From positions 15,487,807 through 15,551,806 of the forward strand of contig NC_134031.1 of the NCBI RefSeq assembly GCF_964204645.1: a DNA stretch of 64,000 nucleotides, read 5' to 3'. Positions 1 through 11,694 of the stretch are shown in pieces. The notes under the pieces were generated by a model. It was not told the DNA's origin and ran no database searches. It saw only the letters and a program-made list of their open reading frames with translations. The position numbers and the translations under genes were made by a program. This DNA comes from Tubulanus polymorphus (taxonomy: Eukaryota > Animalia > Nemertea). The number at the start of each line of letters is the position of its first letter. The stretch's first letter is position 1.

Positions 1-662
1 TTTAAGCCGATTTTTTAAGTGACGCAACAGAAGACACGCGCAGTACGAGCTCGGCGTCGTAAGTGCCATTATCGCTGACAATCGCTAAAAGGTTTTCCTG
101 TTGCGCGCGTACTCAAAACCGCCAGAAACTTCGCCGAAGGATACGACTGAGGGCGGCTAAAGTTTCAGTCGGATATACCACTGACATATCGAGAATCGAC
201 AAGGCAATCACTGTCTGCTGTGAGAAAGAAAATAGCGAAAACCTATTAAGGGACCAACAAGTGGCGCGGCTGTATCGAATTTCCATGAATGAATAATAAA
301 TTAAGAAGGGGGAGTGCTCGGTGAATGTTGTGTCCAGATTTCCTAAACGTCCAGTACAGTGTCCTACAGCGTCCACGTCATCTTGCATTTCAGGTGATTC
401 TAATTACCTCAAACAATTAATTCATACGACAATCTCGAAACAGCGGACGCTTCAAATTGAATTACGTACGTAAATGACGCCTGTCAAGGCACCCGGGGCA
501 GCGGAGATTGTTATGAACCCCTGTAATCTCCCAGACGTGCTGCGTCTGGCGTTGACATTTTCGTTTCGGCGAGTTGCAACGGGCTTTAGCTCGATTAGAC
601 GCGCTGACTGGCCGTACGCGACATGGCGAAAAGAGAGATAAAACATTTGCTCCGCGACTTAC

Positions 663-769
663 GTTTGACTAGGAGAAAATCTCTGAATTCCTGGTGATTA
701 TAAAACACTGGCGGTGACGGTAGAGGAGGTCCGAACAACGGCACCGATTCTTCGCTGTAAACGTTTAAT
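663..769 (-). CDS. GARNL3: GARNL3 exon: LNVYSEESVPLFGPPLPSPPVFYNHQEFRDFLLVK; gene continues beyond the left edge
   Basis: SEESVPLFGPPLP and HQEFRDFLLVK are conserved. 107 nt, phase 2 to 1. The expected next exon (LINGEKA...) was not found in 1-662. Confidence 0.96.
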
Positions 770-868
770 CTGCAACGAGGGAAATGCCTTATCAAAAAAA
801 AAATGTCACGCGATTACTTAAATTCTGCTCAATCGCTTTTTATGTCCGTAATAGATCGTTTATGTCAA

Positions 869-2878
869 TGATAGGATAGGCACAATCGAACGTGGAGAGA
901 AGACGATATGATGAAAACCACTATTTACAGATTGGAATAAACCATTTTACAGTTGCTAGCCGCCATTTTGTTAGGGTACTTTTGCCCCGTATTGTTGGGT
1001 CATTTTTTTCCCTTTTTAAAAAACCCTCCGTGATGTGTATTGTATCATATTTCATCTGCCCATGGATGGATTTTGACAGTTTCAGCAACATTCAAACCGC
1101 ATAAATCTCTAGTTTTCAGTTATGTAAAAATCATTTCTCAAATTTACAACAATGCGACATGAGAGCGATATAAAAATCGGTGGTCAGTTTTTGCCGTGCG
1201 CATAGAAATCAAGGGTACTGATATTTGAAGTTCGTTATTTTCAGAAATAATTTTCTAAAAAATCCAAACATTTCAAGAACTGTGCGCATAAACACCCTCT
1301 TTCAGGTGAACTTTGAAATTTTAAGATATCTTTCCTAGTTTTTTTCCTATGGCACTTTAACTGCAGCGCGTGTATTGTCATTCCGAGATTCGGCGCTGTT
1401 TTCTTTGCGTGTATTTCAGTATATGGGTGTTATTTCTTCATTTTCACTACACTTGTCTCTACGGAAAATGGTTTTAATTGTTGGTACGAGTATCAGGTTT
1501 AAATATCACGTCGTTTATGCAATATAATAGGTCGAAGACATTAGAGATGTTGGGGTTTAAGGGATTTTTCTGACCAGTTTTAGCAGCGAGACTGAGCGGC
1601 ATTTTGATCACGCATTCGAAGTTGCGCGCGGGAAGAGAATATATGGGCCTATATTGAGATGGAAGAAGAAAAGAAATATATCACTCAAAATCGAGTATGA
1701 TGACCATTTAAATCAGTAGTCTATCAATAAATTTACATAAAAATCTACTGAAATTAGATGGATGGAGAAGTGGTCAAAAAGCTGGACAAATGGGGTGGGG
1801 CAAATATTCAGCTACTTTCTATGAATACTTTGTATTAAGTACACACAAGATTGATTAGATTGGGAAGAAAATATAGGAAAATGTTTTCTTGTTTTGGTGG
1901 TGAAATATCAAGTATCAAGTTCGAATGTCAGACGCACGTGATAAAAAGTAAAAAGTGACATCTACCATCACAAAAACGCAAGAAGTGTGTGGATTGCATT
2001 TACAACAAAAGAGTGATATTTTTGGGTTTTCTTGGGTGCATGTACGTAAGCCTCTGCCTGCCGTAAAAGCGGCTACCATTACAGCCATTACGAACTAGCG
2101 CCGGAGAACGGAATACAGTATTAATGCCGTAATATTTAAACCTGATACTCGTACCAACAATTAAAACCATTTTCCGTAGAGACAAGTGTAGTGAAAATGA
2201 AGAAATAACACCCATATACTGAAATACACGCAAAGAAAACAGCGCCGAATCTCGGAATGACAAAACACGCGCTGCAGTTAAAGTGCCATAGGAAAAAAAC
2301 TAGGAAAGATATCTTAAAATTTCAAAGTTCACCTGAAAGAGGGTGTTTATGCGCACAGTTCTTGAAATGTTTGGATTTTTTAGAAAATTATTTCTGAAAA
2401 TAACGAAATTTCAGTACCCTGGATTTCTATGCGCACGGCAAAAACTGACCACCGATTTTTATATCGCTCTCATGTCGCATTGTTGTAAATTTGAGAAATG
2501 ATTTTTACATAACTGAAAACTAGAGATTTATGCGGTTTGAATGTTGCTGAAGTTGTCAAAATCCATCCATGGGCAGATGAAATATGATACAATACACATC
2601 ACGGATAGTTTAAAAAAAAACGAAAAAAATGACCCAACAATACGGGACAAAAGTACCCTAACAAAATGGCGGCTAGCAACTGTAAAATGGTTTATTATAA
2701 AAAACCGATAATTTTTGGTGAATCAAAAATATATATTGAAATACACGACGTTACGATCTCACACCTGACGATGATCTCTAGGGTAAGATCGAAACGTTGT
2801 GTCTTTTGATATATTTTTTGATTCAATGAATTATCGGTTTTTAATCATTTTGATCTCTAAATAGTGGGGTTTTATCAT
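869..2878. mobile_element. About 2-kb foldback / long inverted repeat insertion
   Basis: 936-1506 is the near-identical reverse complement of 2132-2696, and 903-933 matches 2853-2883. Flanked by the direct repeat ATCGTTTATGTCAA at 855-868 and 2879-2892. Confidence 0.85.
2761..2802 (+). ncRNA. Minimal type I hammerhead ribozyme motif (Penelope-like style)
   Basis: ACAC-CTGACGA-T-GATCT[ctagggta]AGATC-GAAA-CGTT-GTGT. Both core boxes, 5-bp stem II, palindromic ACGT stem III, 4-bp stem I. Confidence 0.7.
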
Positions 2879-3122
2879 ATCGTTTATGTCAAGTTTGATG
2901 AAAATCAGATTGTAACTGAAGGTACGAACTATTGATAGATCGTAAACATTTCTCAAAATAAAAAAAAAACATTTAAACGCCTTGCCCATCTATACCGACG
3001 CTAACCACAAAGAAATCGATCAGCGTGACGAAGACCAGTAGCAATGCTATATTTACGATATTTGTATCCAATTTAGCATATGGAAGAAGAGTAAGTGATA
3101 AGACTAAGTGATAAGTACTTAC

Positions 3123-3168
3123 CGGAATGAATCCGATTCCGGATCATGCGTCACCAGCGCATAAATAT
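3123..3168 (-). CDS. GARNL3: GARNL3 exon: HIYALVTHDPESDSFR
   Basis: Matches HIFALV. 46 nt, phase 1 to 2, GTAAGT donor. Confidence 0.9.
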
Positions 3169-3357
3169 CTCAGATACAGTTAAAGAAAGTGCGCTTAATT
3201 TAACCGGATATTTTATATCAAGCAGGGAGAGTGTCTTGGGGCAATTATCTTTCCGAATGGATATTGCACTTCGAAAATATATAGTTCTTATCGCTTAGCT
3301 CGATAGTTATTAGTTATTCGATAGTGGGTAACGATATTTCAGTATTGTCAAGGATAC
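3169..3357 (-). other. U12-type (minor spliceosome) GT-AG intron, 189 nt
   Basis: 5' site GTATCCTT. Branch box TTTCTTTAAC (3179-3188) ends 10 nt before the 3' end. The 3' site is GAG with no pyrimidine tract. Confidence 0.88.
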
Positions 3358-3469
3358 GAGTGAAATGTGTTTTCATCATGGATGGTCGCCATGTCGGTGT
3401 CTGATCTTCGCCGCACACTAAGAACACGATGTTGACAATGTCGTTTCCGACGTGGCGCTTCCTTTCGAC
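3358..3469 (-). CDS. GARNL3: GARNL3 catalytic exon: VERKRHVGNDIVNIVF...WRPSMMKTHFT
   Basis: KRH(I/V)GND asparagine-thumb motif of RapGAPs. 112 nt, phase 0 to 1. Confidence 0.97.
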
Positions 3470-3612
3470 CTATGCCCAGAGAGAGTATATTATATAGAAA
3501 TCAGTTACAAGAAAATTACAAGGCAATTAAGACGCGAAAAACAACCGCCGATGGAAATCCCAAAAGATGCACGTGCTGCTTGAGCAAAGAAAAACATGTT
3601 TGTTCGTTGTAC

Positions 3613-3716
3613 CTGTTGTTTGTTCTCTTTCGAGTAAGGTAACATCGTTGAAACGTGAAACATTATTTCGTGACCTTCGTACACGGTGTAGACAGACGTT
3701 TCGCCGGTTGTATTAC
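3613..3716 (-). CDS. GARNL3: GARNL3 exon: [35 protein letters not shown]
   Basis: RapGAP signature [12 protein letters not shown]. 104 nt, phase 1 to 0. Confidence 0.97.
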
Positions 3717-3913
3717 CTAAACGACAAATCAATGCAAGGAGGGTCAAATAAGGAGATTATGCGACGCAAATTTGTGACAATTCACCCAATAGTGAACATC
3801 TATTCGGCTACAATGAGCAAAGCTATGTGACTGGTTGCATATCGCATTTTTGCGACTAGAAATGAAATATCCACTTAGGTTACCGTACAGTGGTGCCTTT
3901 GTTCTACAGTACA

Positions 3914-4046
3914 CCCGCACACCGTGAAGATTGATAGATCGAGAGCTCTTTCTTGATTCGGTGGGTGGTGGTGCATGGCTGTTCTTAGTTGGTGGAGCGA
4001 TTTGTCTGGTTAATTCCGATAACGAAGGAGACTCTAGCCTGCTAAA
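3914..4046 (+). pseudogene. Isolated 18S rRNA fragment (about 130 bp) in an intron
   Basis: GAGAGCTCTTTCTTGATTCGGTGGGTGGTGGTGCATGGC.GTTCTTAGTTGGTGGAGCGATTTGTCTGGTTAATTCCGATAACGAA.GAGACTCT is conserved eukaryotic SSU rRNA sequence with a few substitutions. The flanks are not rRNA. Confidence 0.93.
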
Positions 4047-4322
4047 CACCACCAACCAATCATAGCCACTGTCTCTGATTATCTTTCTTTCGGATCGCAA
4101 CAGCAGAACGATAAGTCGTAGAAATTTTTAATTTTAATCATAATGATAATATAAGACGCTGGACGCCATATTGGTGGTCAAACGTAATAAGTGATTTACA
4201 TGACAGACTCTCGTGTTGTTTGTAAACGGACTGATTATCTTGTATTTACGGCTAACTCTGACGTCGAGTGCAAAACCTATATTGGATATTGCAAAAAGAA
4301 TACTTCGAAACTATAATCTCAC

Positions 4323-4421
4323 CTTTGACATCTAAACCAGCTCTGAATTTTTCCCAGCCCTTGAGATTGATTTTCTCTCCTAGCAGATTAATGAGTTTTT
4401 CAAATGCAGCGTTACCATTTT
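4323..4421 (-). CDS. GARNL3: GARNL3 exon: ENGNAAFEKLINLLGEKINLKGWEKFRAGLDVK
   Basis: RapGAP LLG..I.LKGW..FR.GLD motif. 99 nt, phase 1-1. Confidence 0.95.
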
Positions 4422-5193
4422 CTAGATCGATAATGAAAAGGAGAATCGTTAGAAATAAGAAAAAAATCTGTTAATTGATGCAGGACTTATCGAGTCGTGG
4501 CGTTTATTCGGGTCGAAGCGACCTTCTTCTGGGTGTCTTGTTGTTGTTGTTATTGTCGCTGTCCGTGACTCAGCAGACGTCGATCCCTTTAACGACGAGA
4601 AGAAATCGAAGATCAATCGACGATTTAGACGAACAGGGTATTATTATCATCTCGTTACTTCTGCCGTCCCTACGCGCACAGCAAATTAGGCACACGGGGC
4701 GTCAAATTGAATCCATCGCCACGTCGACACATCGGCGCTAGCGATCATCGCAACGGTACTAACGAGTGATTCGCTTGATGTCAGAGGCGAAACGGTGTCT
4801 CATCTGGCCGAACGGAGATAAATGTGTTTTAACGGGTACGTTATTAACATCGGCATATAAGATCGGCATAATGAAAAAACATGTAGCGGTGGTGGCTTAT
4901 CAGGCAACTCGCAAGCGAGCAAACCGGGACGGCGTCATTATTATAGGTGCACCGATACCAGTTAAGACAGTGCGCGGTGCAATCAATATATTAAAAGACA
5001 TAAATCATTTATAGCGTCTGTAACATGCCATGTTTCATGATATTCTGCATCACCTTGTTTCTGTTTGTTTGGTGTTTTGGTTCTTATTTCGTATTGAATG
5101 TTCATCCCTTCTATATTATGTCAATGTCCTTTTTGATTCCGTAATTATCCAGTTTCACCTGGTCAACAAATATCTATCCCTCGTTATGCTTAC

Positions 5194-5269
5194 CGTTTCC
5201 GTACATTTCGTCATCGGCTCTTTGGCCTTCTTTGGCGTACAGAACACCGAACTTAAAATTGACGGAACC
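5194..5269 (-). CDS. GARNL3: GARNL3 exon, start of RapGAP core: GSVNFKFGVLYAKEGQRADDEMYGN
   Basis: RapGAP FKFGVLY motif. 76 nt, cag/GTAAGC. Confidence 0.96.
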
Positions 5270-5764
5270 CTGTAAGAAAAAAGGATGTGTTCAAGAAAAA
5301 GTGTTTTCGACGCATTTTCGCTATAATCTACCGGAGTGGCAATCCTCATCATGCCTTAACTCGTCGTAGCGCGCGAGGAAAGTTTTTTTTTCGATATCGA
5401 GAATTTACGAAAAACCTTAGTCAAAAAAAATTTGTTAAGAGCAAACAGACAAAACCAACGCGTGGCATTTATCGAGTTTACGCCGTAGCTGCCTTCCTGG
5501 GGCAAAATGTCGCCACCATTGAAATTGAAATTTCTAATCATAGCTTCAAAAGTGTGACGAATTTGAACTTTACTATAAAGGTTTCAGGCAGTGTTAGAGT
5601 AGAGTAATATTTCGCGTATCATCCATACCTGCCGCTAATTAAATTTCCCCCTTCAAAGACACGCAATTCAATGACCTAATTTTCTCCGATCAAGCGCTGC
5701 AAGTATCCGCTCATGATCGAAGAATTCGCCTTTGATTCTGCTTATTACTATGATCGATACCTAC

Positions 5765-5855
5765 CTCTTGTTCCTCGAGCACGAGCAGTTCCTTTTGTAT
5801 CTCCGGGTTGAAAATCTCTTTTGGTCCCTTTTCAAGTTTGTGCATATTGAAGTGA
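5765..5855 (-). CDS. GARNL3: GARNL3 exon: HFNMHKLEKGPKEIFNPEIQKELLVLEEQE
   Basis: Matches EKGPREIFHPEIQKDLLVLEEQE. 91 nt, phase 2 to 0. Confidence 0.95.
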
Positions 5856-5974
5856 CTATATGAGACAAAAATAGCCGATGATCATAATGTCCATAGACAA
5901 ACTGAAGGCATCAAATGAAATGTCATCTCAGCATCTTAAAAACCTCCCATTTCGCTCTCGACTTTGTTACATAC

Positions 5975-6039
5975 CCTAATATCCCCTTTACTGTCATCGG
6001 CTTATTTGGATTGTATGGTAAACATAGTTTCTGAGCCCC
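5975..6039 (-). CDS. GARNL3: GARNL3 exon: GAQKLCLPYNPNKPMTVKGIL
   Basis: Matches GTQKICLPY. 65 nt, phase 0 to 2. Confidence 0.93.
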
Positions 6040-6739
6040 CTGTAATGAAAATGAAAAAAAAAACATATTGATTGGCTTCCGACGAAGTTTTTTTTTCGAA
6101 GAAAAGCTACCTCCTGACGGATTTCCCCGTCTCTTAGAGGACTTAGTTGGCGGATAAAAACGAAAAACTAAGCACATCAAGTTGTAATCGACGTTCATAT
6201 GAAAAACTCTCCACCGTATATCGAAATGGTCGAGATGGTCTATTCACGGCTCTCCGTGGCGCTCGCGAGTACTTTGACGAACAACTTCGCGGTACCTAAA
6301 GCTCGCAGCGTATATACAGCTAATTGCCTATATGAACAACCGTTATTCGTTTTTCAGCTACATTCGTGCATCGGTTAAGAGCGTAAATCCGTGGAAATGG
6401 GCAGAGACTACGACTTTGCAAATCTACTAATCACGCTACTGTATAGATATATATATATATATTTACGTTACTTACTCTGTTGCTGGCCCATTTTGTGTTC
6501 GGAAAGGGAACCTACATCGAGAAACGAATTACGACCGTTTGATTTGATTTTCTGTGAGCGATTTCGTAATGAGATTAACGAAACATTTTGGCCGAACGGG
6601 AAAAGAACATCGTTAGAACGAGATAGAGAAAATCGTTAACTAAAAACATACGTAAGGCGTCGTCACTTAGAAAGAGGATGCAGAAAGAACTCGTCGATAT
6701 AATGTGGACGCGAATTGAAATGTTTTCAAATGAACTTAC

Positions 6740-6858
6740 CGGTTTTCTCCATAGTATTGCTCTGTATTGTAAGACACTATGATTGTTGGCGTCGGTTAGC
6801 ACCACTGATACAATGAACGGCTCTTTCTCGGCGTCCATACCGACGTAGTTTTGGTGCA
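6740..6858 (-). CDS. GARNL3: GARNL3 exon: HQNYVGMDAEKEPFIVSVVLTDANNHSVLQYRAILWRKP
   Basis: HQNY.G.DAEK.PF and QYRAILWRK are conserved. 119 nt, phase 1 to 0. Confidence 0.95.
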
Positions 6859-7485
6859 CTGAAATGTGGCATGAATATCTTTCTAGCGGATTCATACACA
6901 ACGCTAAACATTAACCATTTAATTCTAATCTTTGTAAACACTGAACGGCATAGAATCTTATGTATTGTACCGTTGGAAGTTTTTGCCGGGGTCTAAGCCT
7001 AGTTTCGTAGGATAAGAAAGCCCAATTTCTGCGTCAGGAAGGAATGGCCGTTCATTTTCTTACCGCTAAAGGCATGGGTTATTAGTTTAGCAAACGATCT
7101 GAGACCACAGCCATCATTTTCTCCAGACTTAACATGTCTCAATTTTTTAGAAGGGTGGGGCTTAGAAAGCGCCGTTGATATTTCGACGTATAATGAAAAC
7201 GTGTTTTTTTTAATGACGCCGAAACCTAGACGGCGCAGTTCAGTTTTGACAAGACAGTCCTGATCAAACAGAGCCGGATAGATTAATGAAAGCTAAGACG
7301 TAGATAGATGAAGCGCTCTGGGCGATTGAAGACGAGAAGTCATTCATCAAATCAGCACGCGAAGCCGTCTTTAAACTTGTTTTCTTTTTTTTCTAAAGCA
7401 AGCATAATGTTCGATAACGTTTTCAAGAAACTTTTCTCGCATCGTTCTTCTGCTGAAGTGTATCGCGCCGGAGCGCTGCACTTAC

Positions 7486-7570
7486 TTCGACCGAGGAAAT
7501 ATTTGAAGTACCATCGCGTGTGGAATTCCGGATTCTCTAAATGCACTGGACTCCCAAGCGGGCTCGTAAC
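7486..7570 (-). CDS. GARNL3: GARNL3 exon: VTSPLGSPVHLENPEFHTRWYFKYFLGR
   Basis: Near-identical to GARNL3 VHLENPEYHTRWYFKYFLG. 85 nt, cag/GTAAGT. Confidence 0.95.
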
Positions 7571-8774
7571 CTGTAAAGAAGACAGACAGAAAATGAACGA
7601 TAAGCAACGATCCCCTGTAGTAAATGATCCGAAAAAAAATGAAACTCGGGGATTTTTTTCATCGTCGAATCGGAGAAATTCGTGTTCGTTTTTTTCCTCT
7701 TCAAATGTCAACGCATAGAAACGCGCGCTCCGTGAAATCGAGTTAGAAAACCCGAAAGAGTTCACAACCCCGCTGGCTGTTTGTTAAAAATTCAGCAACG
7801 TCAACACGAATACCGCCGTGCGCTGAATTTCAATCGAGTCATTTGAATTACGAGAGAGGGGATTAGAATAACTTAATTGGTCGGGAATTAGGAATGTTCT
7901 TGGATTTGAGAACACGTCTCGTTCTTCAACATGGTTCATTCTTTCCATCGAATTTACATAGCTCCGTATCTTGTTCCGCCCAGATGTCGGCCTTAAGAAA
8001 ATTTGAGCATCGATTTCAAAATATTCTCTCATTATCATCACTTTCTCATTCGTTTTCGTTCAAAATATCACGCACATGCTTCAAAACTTAGTTGATTACA
8101 AGGCAAAATTGTAGGGGAAAGGAGCAGCACTCAAAATAATATGCTTAGTAAGTTGAGAAATTGCTTCTCTTTGCATCTCATTCTAAAAAATTGTCTGCGT
8201 GAGTACTCCCACGACCCGACATTGACGTGGGTACCTTACAAAAGTTCCACTTTCCGACAAGGCTGGCTATGGGCCTGTATTCATATATTTGCTATCTACA
8301 AAAACGGGGAACTAAATCATTGAATATCATGGATATCAACATGAACTCGAAGAAGTTCAGCGTAGCCCCTCTCACGTCACCATCTACGCCATCTACACTG
8401 GTGTCAGATGAACTACGCGATATGAAAATTCCTTTTAAATGTACACATTTCAATCATTTATATTTCAGTAATCCATTAGTAATTTCCGCTAGAATTTCTC
8501 AAGAATGATTATCATGTGTTTATGTAACATTATCTATCGCTATAAACAAACTTCGACTTAAACAAACAATTCTGTGTACTACACCTGCCGATCACACAAC
8601 TATATCTGTACTTCGATTTCCGATTTCAAAACCGAACCCCCTGTTTTTCGCCCGGCAGGTGTGATGAGTTCGTAAGGGACACCAAGTAAAAAAATATCAA
8701 ACGAAATCTACCAATGGCCAATCCATATCTTAAGATATAAAAATCTCTAAACCTGCTAGAGTTCATAAACATAC

Positions 8775-8855
8775 CTCTTCGCCGTCTCTTTCGCCCGTTT
8801 CGACACGGAATCTGCCGGCGTTGTGATTCGTCCCGTCTCCATCGCATGACGTAAG
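8775..8855 (-). CDS. GARNL3: GARNL3 exon: LTSCDGDGTNHNAGRFRVETGERDGEE
   Basis: Matches the GARNL3 AGRFRVENG motif. 81 nt, cag/GTATGT, phase 0-0. Confidence 0.9.
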
Positions 8856-10029
8856 CTGCATACGGAAATAAAAATCACAAAGTTCATTTACCTCGATACA
8901 ATATAGAATATGGATGTATATGGTCGGGTTATTTTGCGCCCGAAGAACTCGCTATCGATGATTCATAGGAATAGTCTCGCACAAGAGAACTCCCGAATGG
9001 ATCTTTGGGACATTTACACCACCGGAATCGAAATTAATATTCCGATAAAACCTACAAGGGCTAGCTCATAAAACATTCATTAACTCGGAGAATTGCGCAC
9101 GATTTCGTTGGCCGCGTGTCTAGACTGAAGCTGTGCGTATATCTTATGCGTACAAAAAAGCAACAGCACACGAAAATATTCGATATACTTGGCGCCGGTG
9201 TATAAAGAAATGCATTCTTCGCCTGGTTGTCTTAGACATTTGAAACTATTCAGCCAAAATTTCACGCATCGCTTACTAAAATTTTTGGCGATCGAATCCA
9301 GAAATATTCCCTGAATTATACCAACAAAAAAACCCATCCTTTTATACGTTAAAAGCGATGTGTCCATCATTATAGTGGGTTAGGCTGCATGGTTAATCTT
9401 GTGGTGTGGTAAATGAAGGTTTGGCACGTTATCGGTTGCACCCTTAAAATGTATCCTTGACGATTGCCCCCGAGAATGACTATGGCGAGGTTATTAGATC
9501 TGCTGGTTACATGGTCTGACTCCGATCACATTTTTTCCGTTCTGAGAAAAAAAGCCTAAGTAGATTGAATTCAATGAACACAAGAACGCTATCACATTAC
9601 AGTATATCTTATATTCTGATTTCCATTTCCGTGTAACAATGAAGAAATGTATATATCAAAATGAACGATATGTAATTCATTCACGAAAATGACGTAATTA
9701 TTTCGAATTTGCTTTCGACAGATGGGAGATATCAATTCACTAGAAAAGCTTAGTATGGATATAATGCGTAATCAACGAATGGCAGCGAAAGACCTTCAAA
9801 TCACTTTAATATGATGTATTAGACAAATAAACCATATTTCACGTCAACTGCTGACGTGTATGCAAATACTACCAGTTAAATGACGATAAAGCTATAAGAC
9901 TTATGACAACGTAATATATCCTGAGGAAAATTCTTCGGGACAATGCCTCATCGACACGAATAACGTTCAAAGCTTTACCCTTCTAGCATTAGGAGTGACG
10001 ATGTATACTATCAGACCACGATTGGAATA

Positions 10030-10300
10030 GATAATAACGATAATGATAATATCTTCTTATAAAGCGCGGTTATAATATTTTAACCACCGCACTTAACATT
10101 CTAAAACTATTATAAAAGGTAAAAGTTAAAAAATTGATCACCATAGGTGTTTATAAATGGAAAAAGGTTTTAATGTGGATTTGAAGGCTGAAACAAATGG
10201 AGACTCTCTTATGCTACGAGGTAGTTAATCTTAAAGAGTTAGGAGCTGAATGATAAAATGACTGAATAGTAAAATGACCTCCTTCCAATAACCTTTTTGG
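10030..10300 (-). mobile_element. Degenerate L2/CR1-type LINE 3' end
   Basis: The minus strand gives a frameshifted LPRSIRESPFVSAFKSTLK, typical of L2 ORF2 C-termini, followed by CGCGCTTTATAAG and a (TTA)-like tail. Confidence 0.6.
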
Positions 10301-11420
10301 CATAGGTTAACCTAAAATTGTGGAATCATTACCAGAAATGCTTGAATTAGATTTAAACAAAATTATTCGAAAGGCAGACCATATCGAAGCTACCAGAGAA
10401 GGAATTCAAATCATTTCAAATAGAATCCAATACCGACTGGGTTTTTTCATATTGACGATAAGCTCCGTGTTTTCCGATTGTCTTCGATTCCACTTGTTAT
10501 TAGTTGTCTAGCGCTAAGCTGACAGCTGCGTGTATTCGAGCAAACATCATCAACTCTGTGTCTAAAGCGAAAGTTTTTAACGTCGATTCATCGTCGACTC
10601 TACGGGTTGTTTTTCAGGGAAAATATCGAAATATCGAGCAAAATTTATCACTCTCATGTTAGAACAGCTGGGACACTCATCTCGAAAACTATATTTGCAT
10701 GCTTATATTATTTTCGTTTGTCTTTGATGGTTCGTTGCTTGCTGTAAATGTCATAATTCGACGGAAAGGCGACGGAAATATATTCAGTACGACGGATACT
10801 ATATGCCCATTAGCTTTATTCTTCTCTAGAGAGAGCTGCACTAACATCGTAGAAGTAAAAAGACAACGTTTGTTTATATAGCTTGGCAGCATTATTTTAG
10901 AGTTAGTCGCAGATCAGACTGCATTTCGACACTAGCAATATATGCATAAAGCGACAATCGGGACCTCAAAATCTATGCACATCTATGTCCACGCTAGGAA
11001 TTGTCCGTGTCTATACAAAACAGACTGATCTAATGGGGTTTTTTTAAGCGAGCAAAACAATTATTCCTCGGAAACGAATTATGCTTAAGTTGAATTCCCG
11101 GAAAAGGAAACGACATTTTTATTCCATATCCGATTCAAGGAAAAACTCCTTACGCGAGAGGGAATCGGAGTGAGGCAGTATCTGCGATTAATAATTCAAG
11201 GCCTTGCAGAATGCCACTTCGTTTGATTGATATGAAATGCAACTGAATGATTTTATAAGTTGAAAGTAAGTTCACGAGATGCCCCTTGATAACTTATGAC
11301 TTACTCGTCAATTAAGTCGTCATCATTTTCTCTCTAAAACGCGCATTATTTAAAGTGATTTTGAAATTCAACACATCACGGAGTCATTCCCTACACTAGT
11401 TTATGTGTAAACATACATAA

Positions 11421-11694
11421 GCTGCGTTCACACTAGAGGGGAATTTATCTTGTCAAATCATATAGGTTTCTCTTTCAGTTTTTACATTTATATCAGTTTT
11501 GCGAAAAAAATTTGTGAGTCTACCATCTTCAAATCGTATCAAATCACCTCCGGGGGTGATTTGATGATTTGACAAATCGATTTGAATTTGATGCCGTGTT
11601 AAATTCAAAAATTAGACCAAATCAAATTTGATTTTGACAAGATAAAAACGATTTAACCTAAAATCAAATTGGATTTGACGTGATAAATTCGCCT
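11421..11694. mobile_element. MITE, PIF/Harbinger-like, right end eroded
   Basis: Starts TAA|GCTGCGTTCACACT. Subterminal inverted repeat AGGGGAATTTATCTTGTCAAATC / GATTTGACGTGATAAATTCGCCT with internal CAAATC repeats. Confidence 0.6.

Noticed and set aside
452-646. ORF as the next GARNL3 exon
   Set aside because: Does not encode the expected LINGEKA segment.
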